Virus record (IMG/VR): IMGVR_UViG_3300017911_002159
Location: 55,121 to 119,120 of that record
DNA length: 64,000 nucleotides
Source of the DNA: a virus
Lineage: Duplodnaviria; Caudoviricetes
Direction: 5' to 3' (one strand)
The notes below the pieces were generated by a model. That model saw only the letters and a program-made list of their open reading frames with translations, did not search any database and was not told where the DNA came from. A program made the translations under genes and the position numbers. Of this stretch, positions 1-9,908 are shown piece after piece (positions within the stretch are counted from its first letter, which is position 1; every line of letters starts with the position of its first letter).

Positions 1-30
1 AGAAGAGTAACTGTTGCTAACTTGATGTAA
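1..30 (+). CDS. 23: major capsid protein gp23, 3' end (partial)
   Basis: Frame 1 reads RRVTVANLM*, the typical C-terminus of T4-like gp23; followed by a terminator and, downstream, gene 3. Confidence 0.8.
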   Translation, partial: RRVTVANLM

Positions 31-56
31 ACGAAACTGCACAAATACATTATGAT

Positions 57-83
57 AAAAGGGGGCTTCGGCCCCCTTTTTTT
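57..83 (+). terminator. intrinsic terminator
   Basis: AAAAGGGGGC-TTCG-GCCCCCTTTTTTT. Confidence 0.9.
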
Positions 84-84
84 A

Positions 85-92
85 TATAAATA
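85..92 (+). promoter_or_regulatory. T4-type late promoter
   Basis: TATAAATA 25 nt upstream of ATG 117; gp55 encoded in window. Confidence 0.85.
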
Positions 93-116
93 GTCATAGA
101 TAATGCTGGAGGTCTT

Positions 117-1502
117 ATGTCTTACTCGAAAAATTTTATTAGAGAATTTAGTATATCACTTCCCGGTGGCAGCAGCGGTTCAAAGGCCCCCGGTACTATT
201 TTTGGATTTGGTCAAAATATTGACATAGCTGGTCCTGCAGCATTTGTCTCAAAAAAAGCAACACAAGCTGCAATTGATACAGCTACCTCAAGAGAAAACT
301 TACTTAAGTTAGGTGCTGCTGCCTTAGTTGCTGGGGGAGCTTTAGGTTTAAGTGCAGGTCTTGGTGGTAGACTTGCAAACTTAGGAAGAAAGAAAGAAAT
401 TGAAGAAGATAGAGCATCTTCTCAGCAAGGTTACGAGGCACAAATAAATCAAGCTATTGCAGCGGCAGACCCAAGTGATTTGGATCCTGCACAAAATGCA
501 GCAAGAATTGCAGGGCCAGAGGGTCAGAAAGCAGTAGACGATGCTCTTAGATATGCAAATCCTGATACAACGAAGGGTGAGCAAGGTTTAAATCCTGTAT
601 CTAGGGCTGCTATTTCACAAGCCACAGGAATTAATATAGGCAAATTACCTAGAGCAGGAACTTTAGGCGGTGGAGATTCGGGAAATCCTCCTGCAGGTGT
701 TGCCGTTGCTACAAGGGCTGCTGCTAGAGCAGCCGCAGATGCTAGAGATGCATACAACGATCCCTCTACAGGCTATAAAAAAACAATTGATCAAACAATA
801 GCTAATATTAGAGGAACAAGATTCAATCCAACAGGTGGTGGTGGAACTAATCCAAGCATAGATTCTGACAGTCCTACTGTTAGAACCGTAGGTAATGCTA
901 TTTTAAATTCACCTATTGGTAAAGAGGGTGTAAGACAAGCTAAAATTGCACAAATTGGCACTCGAACAGGGGCTAAATCTCCAGATACTTTCATGGCTAC
1001 AAGACAAAATACTGGTGTCGATAGAGAAGTTTTAGACCCTTCATCATCTAATCTAAGAAATATAGCTTCTGCAGGTGCAAAAGTATTTGGGTCAAATGTT
1101 TCATTGCCTTCAGGTGATGAAGCTGCTTCAGCTATTCAATCGTTTAATCCAGCAGAATTGATGGGTCAAGGTGCAAGTGTACTCTCTGGAGTTTCGAAAT
1201 CAGCACAACCGTATATTAAGGCATATGGTGGTAATCCACTTAATTTAATTGGATTAGGAAGTAACTTTAGACCTTCTGTTGGTGATATAGCTGCTATGAG
1301 AGGCGAGTTAAGATCTAATTTAGCTCCAATTGCTAAATCTATTAACAGATCCATTGGTGATGCTGGCGGACAGTCAGGTCTTAACCCTGCTTTCGATTAT
1401 ATCAGAACTACTAAACCTGAAGATATTGCAAATGCAAGCCAACAATTCGGTGCAAATCCAACAAGATTTGCCAGAGCACAAAGAAATCTCGGAGCAAAAT
1501 AA
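117..1502 (+). CDS. Gly/Ala-rich putative head-internal protein with leader MSYSKNFIRE and glycine-zipper segment
   Basis: 461 aa, GGAGG RBS, late promoter, LGAAALVAGGALGLSAGLGG followed by RLANLGRKKE. Confidence 0.6.
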   Translation: MSYSKNFIREFSISLPGGSSGSKAPGTIFGFGQNIDIAGPAAFVSKKATQAAIDTATSRENLLKLGAAALVAGGALGLSAGLGGRLANLGRKKEIEEDRASSQQGYEAQINQAIAAADPSDLDPAQNAARIAGPEGQKAVDDALRYANPDTTKGEQGLNPVSRAAISQATGINIGKLPRAGTLGGGDSGNPPAGVAVATRAAARAAADARDAYNDPSTGYKKTIDQTIANIRGTRFNPTGGGGTNPSIDSDSPTVRTVGNAILNSPIGKEGVRQAKIAQIGTRTGAKSPDTFMATRQNTGVDREVLDPSSSNLRNIASAGAKVFGSNVSLPSGDEAASAIQSFNPAELMGQGASVLSGVSKSAQPYIKAYGGNPLNLIGLGSNFRPSVGDIAAMRGELRSNLAPIAKSINRSIGDAGGQSGLNPAFDYIRTTKPEDIANASQQFGANPTRFARAQRNLGAK

Positions 1503-1840
1503 TGAGTTATTCTAGAAGTTTAATTAGAGAAGTTACGGTTACAGCCACAAAAACCCAAGGCCCAACAATTGGACAAACTGGAACCACAGATGTTCCAGCT
1601 AGTCCTCTAGATGCTGATAAATTTAATGTAAGTGGTTTAGGTGCTGCTGGAGCAGATGCTCTAACAAAGACAGTAAGAAACATCGGTTCCGATTTGTTTG
1701 GTACAGGTGGCATTTTTACAAAACCAAAAAATATTGCAATTGCTGCTGCTGTCCCGTTGTCAATTGGAGCATTGAGTTCGGTTGGTAGAAGAATTGGTAA
1801 TATTGGTCGTAGAAGAGAAGAAGACAGAAGGTTCAGATAA
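1502..1840 (+). CDS. putative head-internal protein with leader MSYSRSLIRE and C-terminal hydrophobic/basic segment
   Basis: Coupled TAATG start; C-terminus resembles a segment of the 117 protein. Confidence 0.6.
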   Translation: MSYSRSLIREVTVTATKTQGPTIGQTGTTDVPASPLDADKFNVSGLGAAGADALTKTVRNIGSDLFGTGGIFTKPKNIAIAAAVPLSIGALSSVGRRIGNIGRRREEDRRFR

Positions 1841-2166
1841 TGTATAGCCGTAAACTTCTCAAAGAATTACAAGAAGCTGGTAAAGATGATCTTTACTACA
1901 GACAAGTAGATTTTGACCCCTATGCACCAAGATACACTGTTCCACAGTTAGCAACAACCGCAGGTGGTATAGCAGGAACAACCCTTGGTTCTCAGCTAGG
2001 TATGAGATTGGGCCAGTCTACAGGTATTCCCGGTGCTGGACTTGCAGGGTTAGGTATTGGTGGTGCTCTTGGCGGTGCCTTAGGTTCTATTGGTGCTTAC
2101 CAACTAGCAAAGGCTGCAAGACCTAAAAAGAAGAAGCAAAAGAAACTGATACAGTATTATAGATAA
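1840..2166 (+). CDS. glycine-zipper protein with leader MYSRKLLKE
   Basis: GxxxG repeats (GAGLAGLGIGGALGGALGSIG) then RPKKKKQKK. Confidence 0.65.
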   Translation: MYSRKLLKELQEAGKDDLYYRQVDFDPYAPRYTVPQLATTAGGIAGTTLGSQLGMRLGQSTGIPGAGLAGLGIGGALGGALGSIGAYQLAKAARPKKKKQKKLIQYYR

Positions 2167-2702
2167 TGTCAATTTCAGAATCACAACCAGCATCTTTAAA
2201 CTATATTCAACCGAATAATTTTACTTTTCGGATTAAAAGACTTCCTGACTTAAATTTCACAATTCAGTCCTGTAATGTTCCCGGCATTTCTGTTGGTAGA
2301 GTTGATCAGCCTAACCCTGTTCAGGGTGCACCTTTACAGGGCGACAGAATGTTTTTTGCAGATCTTTCGGTTGCTTTTCTTGTAGATGAAAACTTAAAAA
2401 ACTACCGTGAGATTTTTACTTGGATGAGCAGAATCACAAACCAAAGTTGGCATCCCGGTTCTTATCATTACAAAACTTTAAGAGATGCACAGCCGGGTGA
2501 TGATGTTGGTTTATTCTCTGATATCACAATGAATATCTTGACTTCTGCAAAAAATCCTAATATAAGATTAAAGTTTACTGATGCTTTTCCTATTCAGTTG
2601 TCTGATTTAATCTTTGACTCTCAATCAGATCCTTCTGCATTTGCAAAAGCACAAGTAGTATTTACTTATAAGGATTATGATTTTGAAGTCGTTGGTGGTT
2701 AA
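2166..2702 (+). CDS. 3: tail completion / tube terminator protein gp3
   Basis: NYIQPNNFTF..R.P..F..Q..VPGI..G, GD..F.DL.V.FLVDENL.NY.EI..W; synteny before uvsY. Confidence 0.85.
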   Translation: MSISESQPASLNYIQPNNFTFRIKRLPDLNFTIQSCNVPGISVGRVDQPNPVQGAPLQGDRMFFADLSVAFLVDENLKNYREIFTWMSRITNQSWHPGSYHYKTLRDAQPGDDVGLFSDITMNILTSAKNPNIRLKFTDAFPIQLSDLIFDSQSDPSAFAKAQVVFTYKDYDFEVVGG

Positions 2703-3136
2703 TGAAGATAGATGACATTTATGATTTGTGGAGAGAAGACAGTTATTTTGAACGTGATGAACTGACAGAAGAAACTCTTAAAATCCCACAACTACATTCT
2801 AAGTATCTCAGAATTTTATCTGGTGAAAGAATCAGACTTAAAATGTTAGAGTCTGAAAGCAAAAAACTCTACAAAAATAAGCATGAGTACTATCGGGGTG
2901 ATCTTGACGAAGATACTCTGAAGGAAAAGGGTTGGGAACAAAACCCCCTTAAAATCCTTAGACAAGATTTGGATATGTATATCCAACAGGACCAAGACAT
3001 GTCAGAAATTTCATCGAAGATTGAAATGCAAAAAGAGAAAGTGTCTATTTTGGAGTCTATTTTACAACAAATAAATAATAGAGGGTATCAGATCAAATCT
3101 ATTATTGATTGGGAAAAATTTAAAGCTGGTGTATGA
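2702..3136 (+). CDS. uvsY: recombination mediator UvsY
   Basis: KIPQLHSKYL, INNRGYQIKSIIDWEKFKAG. Confidence 0.92.
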   Translation: MKIDDIYDLWREDSYFERDELTEETLKIPQLHSKYLRILSGERIRLKMLESESKKLYKNKHEYYRGDLDEDTLKEKGWEQNPLKILRQDLDMYIQQDQDMSEISSKIEMQKEKVSILESILQQINNRGYQIKSIIDWEKFKAGV

Positions 3137-4557
3137 TTAATATTGAAAAGATAAACGATGTATATATTAGAATAGATTGTGAAGAAGACGTTGCTTACGA
3201 GCTAAGTGACAAGTTTACCTTTGATGTTCCCGGTGCAAAATTTTCTCCAGCTTACAAGAAAAAGCTTTGGGACGGTAAAATACGTTTATTCAACATAAGA
3301 AAAAGAACTATTTACGCTGGATTAGTAGAAACAGTAAAAAGTTTTTTTGACGAGAAAGAATATGAATATAACGTAGGTTTTGATTACGATTCTTCAAAAA
3401 TTGATTTTGAATCTCTTATCAAAGAAATAAATCTACCAGATAATATTCAACCCAGAGACTACCAAAGAAAAGCTGTAGAACATGCAGTGTCAAAGTCCAG
3501 AGGACTTTTGCTGTCTCCGACAGCATCTGGTAAGTCACTTATCATCTATATTCTTACTAGATTTTATGAGAGTAAAACTCTTATAATTGTTCCTACTACT
3601 TCTCTCGTTTATCAGATGAGAGATGATTTTGTTTCTTATGGATATGACATAGATAAGATTCACTGTATCATGGCAGGACAAGATAAGGTTACTGATAAGC
3701 CTATCGTTATATCAACTTGGCAATCTATCCATAAGTCTAATAAAGATTTCTATGATCCTTACAAAGTCATTATAGGCGATGAAGCTCACTTGTTCAAGGC
3801 AAAATCTTTAACAACGATCATGGAAAAAACTGTTTCGGTCCCTTACAAGTTTGGGTTTACCGGAACACTGGATGGATCTCAGACCAACAAGCTTGTTTTA
3901 GAAGGACTTTTTGGGTCTGTCTTTAGGGTGACAACGACAAAGGAGTTGATGGATTCAAACTACCTAGCCAATGTTGGTGTCAAGTGTATAACACTCAACC
4001 ACCCCAAAGAAGCTAGAAACCTTGTCAAAGGTTCTACGTATCAACAAGAGATCGATTATCTTTGCATCAACCCACAAAGAAATAATTTTATAAAAAATCT
4101 TGCATTATCTTGTAATGGTAATACACTGGTTCTGTTTCAGATGGTCGAGAAGCAAGGGAAGCTGCTTTACGATCTTATTAAAGAAAATGGTAGGGATGTT
4201 TTTTATGTTGATGGCAACACAAAGGCTGAAGACCGTGAGAGTGTTAGGAAGTATGCAGAGGAGAATCAAAATGTGATTATTATCGCCTCCTATGGCGTTT
4301 TTAGTACGGGAGTAAACATCAAAAATTTGCATAACGTGATTTTTGCCTCTCCCTCAAAATCAAGAATCAGAAACCTACAATCTATCGGTAGGGGTCTGAG
4401 ACGGTCTTCGGAAAAGGATAAGGCGGTTGTCTACGATATTTCAGATGATTTAAGACAGAGAAACAAAGACAACTACACACTTCAACATTTCAAAGAGAGA
4501 TTGAGAATTTATTCTGAAGAAAAATTTAAATTTAAAGTGTATGAGTATAAATTATGA
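3133..4557 (+). CDS. uvsW: SF2 helicase UvsW
   Basis: WDGKIRLF, PRDYQ, SPTASGKS, DEAH, LQSIGRGLR. Confidence 0.95.
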   Translation: MINIEKINDVYIRIDCEEDVAYELSDKFTFDVPGAKFSPAYKKKLWDGKIRLFNIRKRTIYAGLVETVKSFFDEKEYEYNVGFDYDSSKIDFESLIKEINLPDNIQPRDYQRKAVEHAVSKSRGLLLSPTASGKSLIIYILTRFYESKTLIIVPTTSLVYQMRDDFVSYGYDIDKIHCIMAGQDKVTDKPIVISTWQSIHKSNKDFYDPYKVIIGDEAHLFKAKSLTTIMEKTVSVPYKFGFTGTLDGSQTNKLVLEGLFGSVFRVTTTKELMDSNYLANVGVKCITLNHPKEARNLVKGSTYQQEIDYLCINPQRNNFIKNLALSCNGNTLVLFQMVEKQGKLLYDLIKENGRDVFYVDGNTKAEDRESVRKYAEENQNVIIIASYGVFSTGVNIKNLHNVIFASPSKSRIRNLQSIGRGLRRSSEKDKAVVYDISDDLRQRNKDNYTLQHFKERLRIYSEEKFKFKVYEYKL

Positions 4558-5045
4558 CAAAAAAGAAAAAGTCGGTAAATTATATCGACAACAAAACATT
4601 TTACAGAAGATTGGTCGAATATCAGGAAGAGTGTAGAAACGCAGAGGACATGCCTATAATTCCTAATGACATTGCTATTTGTATTAGTGACATTGCAAAT
4701 CGTCTTGCCACCAAACCAAATTTTTCTGGATACATTTTTAAAGAGGATATGATTGGTGACGGCATTGAAAATGCATTGGATGCTGTGTTAAAGTTCAATC
4801 CTGAAAAATCTGAAAATCCATTTGCTTATTTCACACAAATAATCTGGTATGCTTTTCTCAGAAAAATCGAGAAGGAAAAAAAGCTTCTTCTAATCAAGAA
4901 AAAATACTATGATCATAAGTACATCAATCAGGAGCTTGTGGACTACTCACTCTCGGACAAGACCAAGATTCCTTACTCAGACACTTATGTTCAAAACGAC
5001 TACATGGATGATCTAGAAAAAAGGCACGACGAAAAGAATGGCTAA
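4554..5045 (+). CDS. 55: late transcription sigma factor gp55
   Basis: YIDNK.F, PNFSGY.FKEDMIGDGIEN, NPFAYFTQIIWYAFLRKI.KEK. Confidence 0.95.
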   Translation: MTKKKKSVNYIDNKTFYRRLVEYQEECRNAEDMPIIPNDIAICISDIANRLATKPNFSGYIFKEDMIGDGIENALDAVLKFNPEKSENPFAYFTQIIWYAFLRKIEKEKKLLLIKKKYYDHKYINQELVDYSLSDKTKIPYSDTYVQNDYMDDLEKRHDEKNG

Positions 5046-6087
5046 AATTGCCTTGATAGCTGATACACACTATGGTGTCAGAAATGATAACGTGAATTAT
5101 TATGAACACTTTTCTAAGTTTTTTGATAACATTTTTTTCCCGTACCTCAAAGAACACAAGATTCAAAAGGTTGTTCATTTAGGTGATGTTGTAGATAGAA
5201 GAAAGTACATCAACTTTCTCACAGCACATCATCTTAGAAAATCTTTTCTAGAGCCGTTGGAAGATCTAGGTATCGAGACTGACATCATCGTTGGTAACCA
5301 CGATACCTACTATAAAAATACAAACGAAATAAATGCAATTGATGAGGTTGTTAGAAGATACTCAAACGTAAACTTCTACAAAGATCCTATTGAAGTTGAT
5401 TTGCTGGGTATCCCGACACTTTATCTTCCTTGGATCTGTAACCAGAATCGTAAAAGTAGTATCGACCTTATCAAGACCACTGATGCCAAACTCTGCATAG
5501 GTCATCTAGAAATCGAAGGCTTTTTGATGCAGCCGGGGCAGGTCAATAAGGAAGGCATAAATCCTTCGATGTTCGACAAATTCAACAAAACACTGTCTGG
5601 TCATTTTCACTTAAGATCTTCAAATAAAAACATTTACTATCTTGGTTGTCCCTACCAGATGAACTGGTCAGACTATGGCTTGGTAAAAGGATTTCATATC
5701 CTAGACTCAGAGACACAAGATCTAGAGTTCGTAAAAAATCCTTATGATATGTACACAAGGATAACTATCGACTCACCATTCAAAGCTGAAAAGTATCTTA
5801 ACAAGCAATCTATAAAAGATCACTACGTCAAAATTGTAATTAAAGAAAATATTGACGGAATTGTTCTTGATGATTTTGTTTCTAAAGTTGAGGCTCTATC
5901 ACCGTATGAGGTTAAGATCGTTGATGAGACTATGGTTCATCAACGTGAAACCATCGATATCGAACACCTTGAGGATACGCAGCAAATTATATCTAACTAC
6001 ATAAAATCAATTGACACTTCAGTAGATGATGATAAGCTCACTGACAAAATTCTTGACTTATATCATAGAGCTATGAATGCTGAGTAA
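5038..6087 (+). CDS. 47: recombination nuclease gp47 (Mre11-like)
   Basis: DTHYG, HLGDVVDRRK, GNHD, SGHFH. Confidence 0.95.
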   Translation: MAKIALIADTHYGVRNDNVNYYEHFSKFFDNIFFPYLKEHKIQKVVHLGDVVDRRKYINFLTAHHLRKSFLEPLEDLGIETDIIVGNHDTYYKNTNEINAIDEVVRRYSNVNFYKDPIEVDLLGIPTLYLPWICNQNRKSSIDLIKTTDAKLCIGHLEIEGFLMQPGQVNKEGINPSMFDKFNKTLSGHFHLRSSNKNIYYLGCPYQMNWSDYGLVKGFHILDSETQDLEFVKNPYDMYTRITIDSPFKAEKYLNKQSIKDHYVKIVIKENIDGIVLDDFVSKVEALSPYEVKIVDETMVHQRETIDIEHLEDTQQIISNYIKSIDTSVDDDKLTDKILDLYHRAMNAE

Positions 6088-7802
6088 TGCATATTGAATT
6101 TAAAAATGTTAGATGGAAAAATTTTCTCAGTACAGGCAACGTTTACACAAATGTTGATCTGAACAAACACAAAACACGTCTGATTATTGGCAGCAATGGC
6201 TCTGGCAAATCTACAATTTTAGATGCCTTAACCTTTTGCTTATACAACAAACCTTTTAGAAAAATTAACAAGCCTCAGTTGATAAACTCTATCAACAAAA
6301 AAGATTGTTCTGTGGAAGTTGAGTTTGATACGGGCGGTCATAAATACAAAGTATCAAGAGGAATAAAGCCCAACTTCTTTAACATCGAGAGGGATGGGAA
6401 ACTTCTTGATCAAGACGCTGCCACAAAAGATTTTCAAAACATTCTAGAAAGAAACATTCTAAAGCTTAACTACAAGTCGTTTTGCCAAGTTGTTGTGGTT
6501 GGATCTGCTTCCTTTGTTCCTTTTATGCAGCTTACTGCAGCCTCTCGTAGAGAGGTTATCGAGGACATTCTAGATATTAAGATATTCTCTAGAATGAGTT
6601 CACTCGTAAAGGATGATGTTACATCTTTGAAAAATGCTATCACTGATAATGTCTCAAAAAGAAATTTTCAGGAAGAAAAGATTAACATGTTCAAAGAGTC
6701 TCAGAAAAAATTAGAACGAAACACTGAAGAACTTATAGAGAAACACAACAAAAAGATTGATGAAGTCGGCACAAAAATTAAAGAAATTCAAGAGCAAGTA
6801 GATATTTTAGTCGATGAAGTTTCTGGTTCTGCAGATATTGAGAAAGAGAATGCTGATCTTCAAAAAAATCATAGAGAAATCGAGAAACTTGAAACTTCTT
6901 TAAACGTAAAGATAAACAACTTAGAAAAGATTATAAACTTCTACGATAACAATGAAGACTGTCCTACCTGTCGGCAAACAATTGAGGACAGCTTTAAACT
7001 TAAAGAACAGAGCAATAGTAGAAAAAAGTCTGAAGAGTGTAAAGAAGCACTTAAATCTTTGTCACAGAAGAATGAAAAGGTTCAGGAAAGAATATCTTCT
7101 ATTGCTAGTCGTTTAAAAGAAATCTCACGTAAAAATTCTGAGATATCTGAAAAGAATAATCAAATTTCTTTTTACAACAACAATATCAAAGAAATTGTTA
7201 GTGAGGTTCAAAGACTTCAAGAAGATAAAAATGTCATCAGAAATGATGCAAAGCTTGCTGAGCTAGAGAAAGAATATAAAGATCTAAGATCACAATATTC
7301 TTCTTTGAAAGATGAGGCAAAGGTTCTTGAGGTAGCTGTTTCTTTATTGAAGGACTCGGGTATCAAGTCTTCAATAATAAAACAATATATTCCTGTGGTG
7401 AACAATCTTATTAATCAGTATTTGCAGTCTATGGACTTTTTTGTAAAATTTGAACTGGATGAAAATTTTGCAGAAACAATACTGTCTCGTCACAGAGATA
7501 TTTTTAGCTATGAATCTTTTTCCGAAGGTGAGAAGTTCAGAATTGATCTGGCTCTTCTGTTCACTTGGAGAAAGATAGCTAAGCTGAAAAATAGTGTATC
7601 GACCAATATCCTAATTATGGATGAAGTTTTTGATTCGTCTCTTGACTCTAGTGGGACGGACGATTTTATGAAACTGATTAACGATACCGACGAAATGTCA
7701 AACATTCTGATCATCTCACATAAGGGTGATCAGTTACATGATGCTTTTGATAATGTTATGAAATTTGAAAAGATGAAAGGATTTAGTAGGGTGGCTGCAT
7801 GA
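6087..7802 (+). CDS. 46: recombination ATPase gp46 (Rad50-like)
   Basis: GSNGSGKS, coiled coil with CPTC hook, FSEGEK signature, DEVFD. Confidence 0.95.
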   Translation: MHIEFKNVRWKNFLSTGNVYTNVDLNKHKTRLIIGSNGSGKSTILDALTFCLYNKPFRKINKPQLINSINKKDCSVEVEFDTGGHKYKVSRGIKPNFFNIERDGKLLDQDAATKDFQNILERNILKLNYKSFCQVVVVGSASFVPFMQLTAASRREVIEDILDIKIFSRMSSLVKDDVTSLKNAITDNVSKRNFQEEKINMFKESQKKLERNTEELIEKHNKKIDEVGTKIKEIQEQVDILVDEVSGSADIEKENADLQKNHREIEKLETSLNVKINNLEKIINFYDNNEDCPTCRQTIEDSFKLKEQSNSRKKSEECKEALKSLSQKNEKVQERISSIASRLKEISRKNSEISEKNNQISFYNNNIKEIVSEVQRLQEDKNVIRNDAKLAELEKEYKDLRSQYSSLKDEAKVLEVAVSLLKDSGIKSSIIKQYIPVVNNLINQYLQSMDFFVKFELDENFAETILSRHRDIFSYESFSEGEKFRIDLALLFTWRKIAKLKNSVSTNILIMDEVFDSSLDSSGTDDFMKLINDTDEMSNILIISHKGDQLHDAFDNVMKFEKMKGFSRVAA

Positions 7803-8293
7803 AATTAGAAATTGTCGATAGAAAACATCCTTTGTTGACTACAAAGCTTGATCCGTTTGATTTTAACAACCCGATTCATGATCCTAAAGAATTAGCTATT
7901 GAGATGGTTAATGTTATCAGAAAATATAAACTGGTGGCATTATCTGCTAATGAAGTTGGCATAAACACAAGATTGATAGTTTTGGATACAGATCCAATCT
8001 ACGCCATGTTCAATCCGATGATTACAAACACTTTTGGCGAAGAGGTCTATCTGGAAGAAACAGATATCTCTAGGTCTGATATTGTTTGTAAAGTCAAAAG
8101 ACCTTCTTCGGTTAGGGTAAGATTTCAAGATATTGAATCTGCATTTAATGCACAAAAGTTTGCTGGGCTTACAGCAAGAAATCTTTTACATCATTTAGAC
8201 AATATCGACGGAGTAGTTTTTTACAACAAGGCCACAGCCTTCCATCGACAAAAAGCTCTTAAGAACATGAAAAAACTATCAGGTGTAAAATGA
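7799..8293 (+). CDS. def: peptide deformylase-like protein, catalytic motifs degenerate
   Basis: PDF layout (LSANEVG, MFNP.I, KVKRP..V.V.F, AR..LH.LD...G) but EGCLS->ETDIS and HExDH->HHLDN. Confidence 0.75.
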   Translation: MKLEIVDRKHPLLTTKLDPFDFNNPIHDPKELAIEMVNVIRKYKLVALSANEVGINTRLIVLDTDPIYAMFNPMITNTFGEEVYLEETDISRSDIVCKVKRPSSVRVRFQDIESAFNAQKFAGLTARNLLHHLDNIDGVVFYNKATAFHRQKALKNMKKLSGVK

Positions 8294-8586
8294 CAGAGTT
8301 TAAGTTTGATGAAGATAAGATTCTTGATGAAGTTTATCATTATCTTTCTTCGACCTATAGCCAACACTATACGTCTAATAAGTCGAACATTCAGGCAGTC
8401 GATATCTGGAATTCGTTAGGAACTCTAGAAAGCACAGCACGTGATAATGCCTTAAAATATTTGCTTAGATACGGAAAAAAAGATGGTAAGAACAGAAAAG
8501 ATTTGCTAAAAGCAATTCATTATATTGTGCTTATGATTTACACTTTGAATGAGGAAGAACAAGATGTTACTACACCCCAAATCTGA
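8290..8586 (+). CDS. DUF3310-like phage protein
   Basis: TYSQHY, NALKYLLRYGKKDGKNRKDLLKAIHY. Confidence 0.75.
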   Translation: MTEFKFDEDKILDEVYHYLSSTYSQHYTSNKSNIQAVDIWNSLGTLESTARDNALKYLLRYGKKDGKNRKDLLKAIHYIVLMIYTLNEEEQDVTTPQI

Positions 8587-9070
8587 ATTTACTAATTCTA
8601 AAATTACAGAGATTCAGGAAGAAGATTCACAACCTAATGCCGTAGATATTCGTCTCGATGAGGTAAAACGAATTGATTCTTCGGTTTTCAGCTTAGACGA
8701 AGATGGTGGAAAGACACACCGTATTCTGACTGATATGCCTGTTCAGGATGATGGTTACTTTGTTCTTCCGCCCGGTTCATATCAAGTACAAATGAAGAAT
8801 CAAATCACTGTTGGTGAAAATGAATCTGGCGTTGTGATCAGTAGATCAACTTTGATTCGAAATGGTATATATTTGGTTTCTGGCCTGTATGATACAGGAT
8901 ACGAAGGTCCAATGGTTGCTCTTTTGGTTGTCACTGCTGGGGCAGCTAAAATTCAGAAAGGGGCCAGAGTTGGACAGTATCTGATTTTAGAGTCTGAAGG
9001 TATTGGAACTTACATGGGTTCATATGGAAATGTAAAAATTAATATTAGTGAGGAAAAAAATGAAGACTGA
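8564..9070 (+). CDS. dCTP deaminase / trimeric dUTPase family
   Basis: QPNAVDIRL, SRSTLIRNG, GLYDTGYEG, RVGQ; start moved to ATG 8564 behind GAGGA. Confidence 0.8.
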   Translation: MLLHPKSEFTNSKITEIQEEDSQPNAVDIRLDEVKRIDSSVFSLDEDGGKTHRILTDMPVQDDGYFVLPPGSYQVQMKNQITVGENESGVVISRSTLIRNGIYLVSGLYDTGYEGPMVALLVVTAGAAKIQKGARVGQYLILESEGIGTYMGSYGNVKINISEEKNED

Positions 9071-9908
9071 AATTGCAATTGAAGAATTACAAAAGAGAAA
9101 ACTGTTTGTAGCTTGTCCCATGTATGGTGGCTCTTGCCACGGTATGTTTGCCAGATCGACTGCTGATCTGGCTGCGGTTTGTGCCAAATATAATATTGAA
9201 GTAAGATTTTACTATCTTTTTAACGAATCTTTGATCACCCGTGCACGAAATTATTGTGTTGACGAATTCCTTAGATCAGGGTTTACTCATCTAATGTTCA
9301 TAGATTCTGATATTGGGTTTGATCCTAAAGACGTATTGGCACTCATGGCTCTTCAGGATGAAGAATCGCCATACGACATTATTGCGGGACCGTATCCGAA
9401 GAAGAACATCTCTTGGGAAAAGATCAAGATGGCTGTTGATCAGGGTGTAGCAGACGATAATCCAAATGCACTTGAGGCATTTGTTGGTGATTACGTCTTC
9501 AATCCTGTTGCAGGTCAGAAGTCCGTACCAGTTAATGAGCCTGTAGAAGTTGGTGAAGCCGGTACTGGCTTTATGATGATTCGTCGGGAAACTCTGGAAA
9601 AGTACGAAGAGACTTACCCCGAGTATCGTTATAAGCCTGACCATGTTCGGACTGCCCACTTTGATGGCTCCCGTGAAATCATGGCGTTCTTTGACTGTAT
9701 CATTGATCCAGAATCAAAACGTTATCTCTCCGAAGACTACATGTTTTGCTACAATGTAAGAAAGGCTGGCATGAAGGTTTGGTTGTGTCCTTGGATGGAA
9801 CTCAAACACTGCGGCACTTACATTTTTGGTGGTTCTTTGGGTGCCTTAGCTCAAATCGGTGCCGTAGCTACCGCCGATATGGGACAACTCAAAAATATGA
9901 AACGCTGA
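9060..9908 (+). CDS. GT-A fold glycosyltransferase-like protein
   Basis: ACPMYGG, ESLITRARN, LMFIDSD (DxD), GTGFMMI, LSEDY. Confidence 0.7.
   Translation: MKTEIAIEELQKRKLFVACPMYGGSCHGMFARSTADLAAVCAKYNIEVRFYYLFNESLITRARNYCVDEFLRSGFTHLMFIDSDIGFDPKDVLALMALQDEESPYDIIAGPYPKKNISWEKIKMAVDQGVADDNPNALEAFVGDYVFNPVAGQKSVPVNEPVEVGEAGTGFMMIRRETLEKYEETYPEYRYKPDHVRTAHFDGSREIMAFFDCIIDPESKRYLSEDYMFCYNVRKAGMKVWLCPWMELKHCGTYIFGGSLGALAQIGAVATADMGQLKNMKR

Noticed and set aside
9746-9907. Extended start of gp45
   Set aside because: Lies inside the upstream gene; homology begins at MKISKNT (9908)
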